DNA from: Eukaryota sp. TZLM1-RC
Taxonomy: Eukaryota > Protista > Metamonada: BaSk clade
Direction of reading: 5' to 3'
DNA length: 64,000 nt
Assembly: GCA_040285825.1 (NCBI GenBank)
Contig: JAUPSS010000004.1
Coordinates: 5,051,784 to 5,115,783 of the forward strand
The notes below the pieces were generated by a model. The model was given only the letters and a program-made list of their open reading frames with translations. It did no database searches and was not told the DNA's origin. Positions 58,301 to 64,000 of this stretch are shown here, piece after piece; the stretch's first letter is position 1, and every line of letters begins with the position of its first letter. The position numbers and the translations under genes are program-made.

Positions 58301-59994
58301 ATTATATTATATTATATTACATTATATTATATTATATTATATTATATTATATTATATTATATTATATTATATTATATTACATTATATTATATTATATTAT
58401 ATTATATTATATTATATTATATTATATTATATTATATTATATTATATTATATTATATTATATTATATTATATTATATTATATTATATTATATTATATTAT
58501 ATTATATTATATTATATTATATTATATTATATTATATTATATTATATTATATTATATTATATTATATTATATTATATTATATTATATTATATTATATTAT
58601 ATTATATTATATTATATTATATTATATTATATTATATTATATTATATTATATTATATTATATTATATTATATTATATTATATTATATTATATTATATTAT
58701 ATTATATTATATTATATTATATTATATTATATTATATTATATTATATTATATTATATTATATTATATTATATTATATTATATTATATTATATTATATTAT
58801 ATTATATTATATTATATTATATTATATTATATTATATTATATTATATTATATTATATTATATTATATTATATTATATTAATAAAGTAATACACGTGTCAT
58901 GTAGTACTTTTCTATTGATTACGATATTCGGCAAATATTCGAGTTTTGTTTTGTTGTTCAACTCAAAAGGCAACAATTTCATTTTCGATTTTGATTCTAG
59001 TAATGTCTTCAGAAGTTGCAAAGAAAAGCACTTTAGGAATGTGATTCAAAAACATTTCGCTAATCAATCAATATGCAGCATTCAACATAAAATTGAATTG
59101 TGTAAATCTTCTAATTTCAATAATTCTTATTAGTTGGCACAGAATTTAAAGAACTTCAAATTAATTAATCTAAAATCCTCTTTACCAATTTTCCTAAAGA
59201 CACATTTCGTTTTCTGAGGTGTATGTTAGCAAACATTGATGAAAGTACCTAACAATTTGAAAAATTGGCGATTAGCTGAAATTGAATTCAGTATGATTTA
59301 AAAATTGAACAATTCACCAACATTGTTATTTTTGGAATTTGTTATTCAACAAAATTGAATTACTTTATGTGTAGAAAATTACTCGTTTATTAATGTCGGC
59401 AGTACCAATTATACCTCTTGAAATTGCCACTCATTTAACCAACTTCATGTGAAATTTTTTGCTTTCCTACTGCAATTGAGACCTGATTTATTTTAAGCTT
59501 ATTCGTTTCCATCTTCACAATTTGTTTGTGTAGGGTTTACAAAAACTTCAATTGTTTTTCAAACATCATTTGTTGGTAGTAAAACAAATTCTGTTCTTTG
59601 TTTTCTGAATTGTTACTCCATGCGTTATCCATCATTTAGGGATAAATGATGTTCCTTAAGTTCATGATGTGGTACGTGACAAGCTCTATTGCGTGTGTGA
59701 GACGCACAAAATTGAATTGTTTCAAGAACCTTTGCTTCTTTCCTTTTAAATTTAACTGATGAATTTGACAAACATTCTTTTGGTGATATTCGTGGACATG
59801 TGTTGGTTCCAGTCCTTGGTGGATCGATGGTCACTATTGATGTCAGATCCACAGATGTATCAAACAGCTCAAATGAACCACAAGCACCATCTTATAATTC
59901 ATCTTTACGTATAGTTAAAAAATCCAAAACTAACAAGTATGTTGAAATAATTGCTAATTTTTTGTAAACTGTATTTTTATTGAAATAAAATTCT

Positions 59995-60660
59995 ATCTAG
60001 TATTCAATATCCTCCAAACAAGCATCACTATTGCTAAACCTACTCACATCATGATGTTTATATTCTAAACCAATAGCTAAAAGAGCTTTAGACATCATTG
60101 TTGAAATAGACTTGAAAATGCAAAAAAACAATTCTATTTAACCAGAAAGTGGAATTCATTTTTTTACCAGACCTATTCAGTAAAACTCTGCAGGTCCAAT
60201 ATTGCCAAAAAGAGAAATTGCAAACGGCACAAACTGATATTTCACATGTTCGATTCTACCCAATTGTGCCAATGGTTCTTCATATTTTTTTATTTTCTCT
60301 TTTTCGGCGTTAATTAGCTATAGCTTACGAACTAACGGTTCAATAAAAGCATCTATACTGAAACTTTTACACATACCATATAATTGATCACGAACTGAAT
60401 CATGAACAATTGAGCGATAGGTTAGAAAATATTTGCATTTTAAAATACGGGAAAGTGTAACCACATTCTTGCAGCGACAAATTAAATCATTTGGTAACGA
60501 ACAAGGCCATAAGAAACATCTCATTCTCATAACAGAGGTCCATTGATGATCATTGAGCAGAAGGCCGTAAATGTTGGGAACTTGGAAGATTAGGAAACTT
60601 GAGCAACTGTCTTCAAGGTCAATCAATAAATTTGAAAAACGGGATTTTTTTCTTTAGATA
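59995..60660 (-). mobile_element. Family C RLE copy with internal deletions
   Basis: Close similarity to 5449-6300. Confidence 0.85.
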
Positions 60661-60679
60661 ATTTTTCTATTGATAAGAT

Positions 60680-60980
60680 GAATGTTAAATCACATACCCA
60701 ATTCCTCATTTGTCCATTTTCCTATCTATTTGGAAATTTTGGGCACAACTCTTTGCTATTCTCTACAAAACTTTTCTCAAATTGTTAAAAATAGAACTGG
60801 AATTGACAGAATTTTCTGGTAGAACAGAATTGTATGTCCTATTTTCAAGGGAATACACAGCCTGGTTCTCGTGTTCGTTGTTATCACTTGTCACCTATAA
60901 TGACGAAAAGGATGTATGTCTGTTTTCGATAGTAGATGTGAAGTTTTATGAAATAGATTGTCGGTATATGAAAAATTAAA
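60680..60980 (+). mobile_element. Decayed RLE 3' fragment (family D-like)
   Basis: Similarity to 6450-6690. Confidence 0.65.
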
Positions 60981-61058
60981 ATAAGTATATATATACAAAC
61001 ATATTTGACGTTCAGTTGTTGGAGACGGTGATTTACTACGGTCAAGGTTCTCATCCGA

Positions 61059-61140
61059 GCGAGGATGGCCGAGCGGTTATGGCGCTTGTCTAGAAAACAA
61101 GTGGGGTTTCCCCGCGTGAGTTCGAATCTCACTTCTCGCG
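61059..61140 (+). tRNA. tRNA-Ser(AGA)
   Basis: Acceptor GCGAGGA/TTCTCGC plus G discriminator, A-box TGGCCGAGCGG, anticodon arm CTTGT-CTAGAAA-ACAAG, long variable arm, T-arm GTGAG-TTCGAAT-CTCAC, followed by a TTTTT Pol III terminator. Confidence 0.95.
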
Positions 61141-61308
61141 AATTTTTGAAAGCAAAATTTTCGGTGAAAGAACATTTTTTAATAATTTGATGAGTTGAAT
61201 TTGATGGAGACAGAATGCATTCCACAGTGAAAAGAGATTGGTCAAAAACATCAAAGATTTCTGTACTAATTTACATTCTTATTTAAGTCCTTATTTGTAT
61301 GAGTTATC

Positions 61309-61389
61309 TGTTGCCTTAGGTTGCAAAAGTGGTTGAGATAAAGATAATTTATTTTCTATTCATATTATAAAAGCCTTAGGGCGCCAACA
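61309..61389 (-). repeat. 3' LTR (81 bp) of the Gypsy element; polypurine tract at ~61390-61407
   Basis: TGTTG...CAACA termini directly after AAAAAGGGAAGAAGCAG; similarity to 30325-30401 stops at the same boundary. Confidence 0.75.
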
Positions 61390-61505
61390 CTGCTTCTTCC
61401 CTTTTTCAGAGCTAATAGGCTAATATAAATATGAATCTAAACTATAAACAAATAACTAAATAACTAAATAACTACAAATAACCTAATCTAAACTGAGAAT
61501 TAGCA

Positions 61506-64000
61506 TCACTTCCTAATTCTAGTACTATGTCTAGGCCTCTTGCAAGGCGCAGAGTTATTGGAGGTACTCTTACGTTGACTAGAGGTACGTTTTCCAATTT
61601 TCTTGTTATTCCTACTGAACAACTTGTAAGCTTCTGAATGTTTAACTGAATGGAGAGGCTCTTCTGTTGTCTCACCGCCAAACCATTGAACAGTACAGAA
61701 ACTACCTGAGTCAGAATTATATTCTGAGAGGATTTTCTCTATAACATGTTTCTCAGCATCGCCTGCTGCGACTGCTTTTAGAAATTCGATATCCTGAGGA
61801 TTATCTGCGTTATAGATTTTGCAATCTTTCTTGGCAGCTTTTAATTCACTGCCAGTGATAAGATTCTTTAATAATAAAGTAGAGTTGGAAGGACGGTCTA
61901 TTACTAAAAAGGGTCCGTTCCAAGATCCATGTAATTTATTATTCTGTTTGGTTTTACGTAGGACATAGTCACCAATATTAAATACTATAGAGCGCGAATT
62001 AGTATTGTCTACTGAAATCGGAGTATTTGATAATTGATGACGCTCTGCTTCTTCCCTTTTTTCTTGCAGACGAGTATTTTTCATTTTAATATCGTCTAAT
62101 AAAGGTATATTGGAATCAAATTTTGATAAGTTTCCTAATATGTTTGCAGGGTCCGATCTTGGACTAATCGAAGATCCGAACATTAGTTCGTAAGGTGTAA
62201 AACCTGTCTTTCTGCTTTTAGTGGAATTTATTAATAGTTGGGATATGGGTACATAAGTAGACCAATTTCCATAATCATTAAAATCTATTAATAATTTCCT
62301 CAAGCATTGTAGAACGTCTCTATGTTTTCGCTCTACGAGTCCATTACTTTCAGAGTAGTGGGGTATTGAGTTACTCATCTCAATAGCTAATCTATTACAC
62401 ACTATCTTAAAAGTCTCATTGGCGAACTCAGGACCATTATCACTATGAATTAACATAGGTATGCCAAAAATTGCGCAAACGTTCCAAATCAAAGCGTCTG
62501 CGGTCTCTAAGGCATTGAGTTCCTTCAGAGGGACTAAAATTGAATATCCAGTAAAAGAATCTACAAATACTAATAAGTATTTATTAGCATCACTATCAGT
62601 ATTCAGAGGTCCAATTGTGTCAACATTTAGTCTGGCAAAAGGACGATCTGCCCAAAGGGAACCTGTGAAAGGTGTATTTGTTCTTTTAACTGGTGCCGTT
62701 TTTTGACAAGTTGGGCATCTTTTGATGTGGTTTATGAGGTCCTTTCTCATATTAGGCCAGAAAAAGTCGCTTTTGGACAGTTTATGTAGACTGTCGTTTT
62801 TGCTGGGGTGGCCTGATTGAACCAATCCATGAATTAATAATAGTGCCTGTTTTCTGAGGCTTTTTGGAATTAAAATTTTATTTTTATTGTTTTTCCAAAT
62901 TTGAGTATATTCATCTAGAATTGCATTCTCAAATAGAGGGTCATTATTATTTTTGGCTATTTGTTGTTCGGATCTTATTTTAGAGAACCAAGAAGAAAAA
63001 ATAGGTAAGTCCTGGTGTCTACTTAGGGATGAAATTGATGGGATGTCTTCGAAGTCCGAATCAGAATCATCGTCTATAGGAGGTATCTCGTAATTCGAAA
63101 GTAAAGTATCTGGTATATTTATACTACATATAGAAGGAGTTTCCTCATTTTGATCTAAATCAATATTCCTCGATAGCATATCTGCCCAGTGGTTATCTTC
63201 ACCTGGTTCATGGACTATATCAAAGTCGAATTCAGATAGTATCGGCAGCCATCTCTTTACAATTCTATTTTTCTCTGGGGATGTGGCCAGGAATGCGATA
63301 TTTTTGTGATCGGTGAAAATTGTTAGATGTCTAGTCAAAAGGTAGCTTTCTAAACAACTTTCAGTTAAAATCAGAAGAATTGCATATAATTCTTTCTGTA
63401 AAGTGGACCATTTTCTTTGTGTTTCTGTAAGTAATCTACTATAGAACGACAAAGGTTTCACTTTTCTTTTATTCAGCGGGGTTCCTGCAGGGGAGTATGG
63501 TTCAATTTCTTGCCAAATAACGCCTCCAACTGCTACATCTGATGCGTCGGTACTTATTAGTACGCGCTTGCCCGGAGCTGGTAATTCAAGGGGCATGTGA
63601 TTAATTATTAAATCTTTTATTTGTTTAAGATAATCGTCATGCTCGTTGGTCCATTTTATTACTCTAGGTTTTCCTTTAATTAACTCATTAATTGGAGCTA
63701 TTAACTCGGAAATACCTGGAAGCCAATCTCTTATATAATTGATGGATCCTACCAATGAGCGAACTTCTTTCACTGATTTTGGTCTAGGGATTCTCATCAA
63801 GGCTTCGATTTTTTTCTTACTAATAAATCTGGTTTTTATCCTGGAAGGTGCTTCCTAAAATATCAATAGGGTGTTTGGATGTTACGAATTTACATTTACG
63901 TAAACCTATATTTACACGTCTATTTCTGGCGCATTGGAGGACTCTTTGTAATCTCTTATAGAATTCATCGAAAGTCGTTCCAACTATTATAATATCATCA
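61506..64000 (-). mobile_element. Ty3/Gypsy pol: RT C-terminus, RNase H, integrase and chromodomain-like tail
   Basis: DDII RT motif at the window edge, TDASD...KELYA...TDH RNase H, HHCC, VDT/SDNG/LVER DDE triad, GPF motif, IEKIL...VQW...T.EP chromodomain. One frameshift in the A-run near 63835. Confidence 0.95.

Larger units (their letters stand above)
56901..58877. repeat. (ATTAT)n pentanucleotide array in three blocks (~56901-57040, ~57594-57745, ~58299-58877)
   Basis: Directly visible, with occasional ATTAC variants. Confidence 0.97.

Noticed and set aside
56901-58877. CRISPR-like array
   Set aside because: The intervening segments are near-identical TE fragments rather than unique spacers, and the context is eukaryotic.
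58271-58888. 205-aa (IILYY)n ORF
   Set aside because: Translation artefact of the (ATTAT)n microsatellite.
61059-61389. tRNA-targeted integration of the Gypsy element (about 170 bp from tRNA-Ser)
   Set aside because: Single instance; the related LTR at 30325 has no recognisable tRNA nearby.

Overview
Eukaryotic, gene-dense, AT-rich genomic window. The standard genetic code, 28-38 nt GT-AG introns, short intergenic spaces and divergent proteins suggest a compact protist genome, possibly an anaerobe (inference only). About 19 host genes are present, including RPS2, RPS19, GlyRS, RPB8, eIF4E, UTP15, PWP1, BDP1, syntaxin-5, CIR1/CWC25-like, DBP5-like, a dNK, a ZIP transporter, a CTL/SLC44 transporter, a flavodoxin and an RCC1-repeat protein, plus one tRNA-Ser(AGA). 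They are interleaved with decayed mobile DNA: about 20 fragments of restriction-like-endonuclease (RLE; CRE/R2-type) non-LTR retrotransposons, Ty3/Gypsy LTR elements, a hAT relic and an (ATTAT)n array. The main signal is a cluster of Fanzor (eukaryotic TnpB-like) loci. Two diverged pseudogenised Fanzor1 genes (52550-56840 and 42499-45951, minus strand) carry a family-B-polymerase-type DEDDy 3'-5' exonuclease fused in frame upstream of the Fanzor N-terminus. The first also carries a Ulp1/SENP8-like cysteine protease. Two Fanzors of another lineage (6828-7295 +, 46351-47064 -) share a 27-nt downstream motif that looks like an omega-RNA 3' end or element right end. All assignments come from motif recognition and manual translation; no searches were run, and boundaries of decayed elements are approximate.
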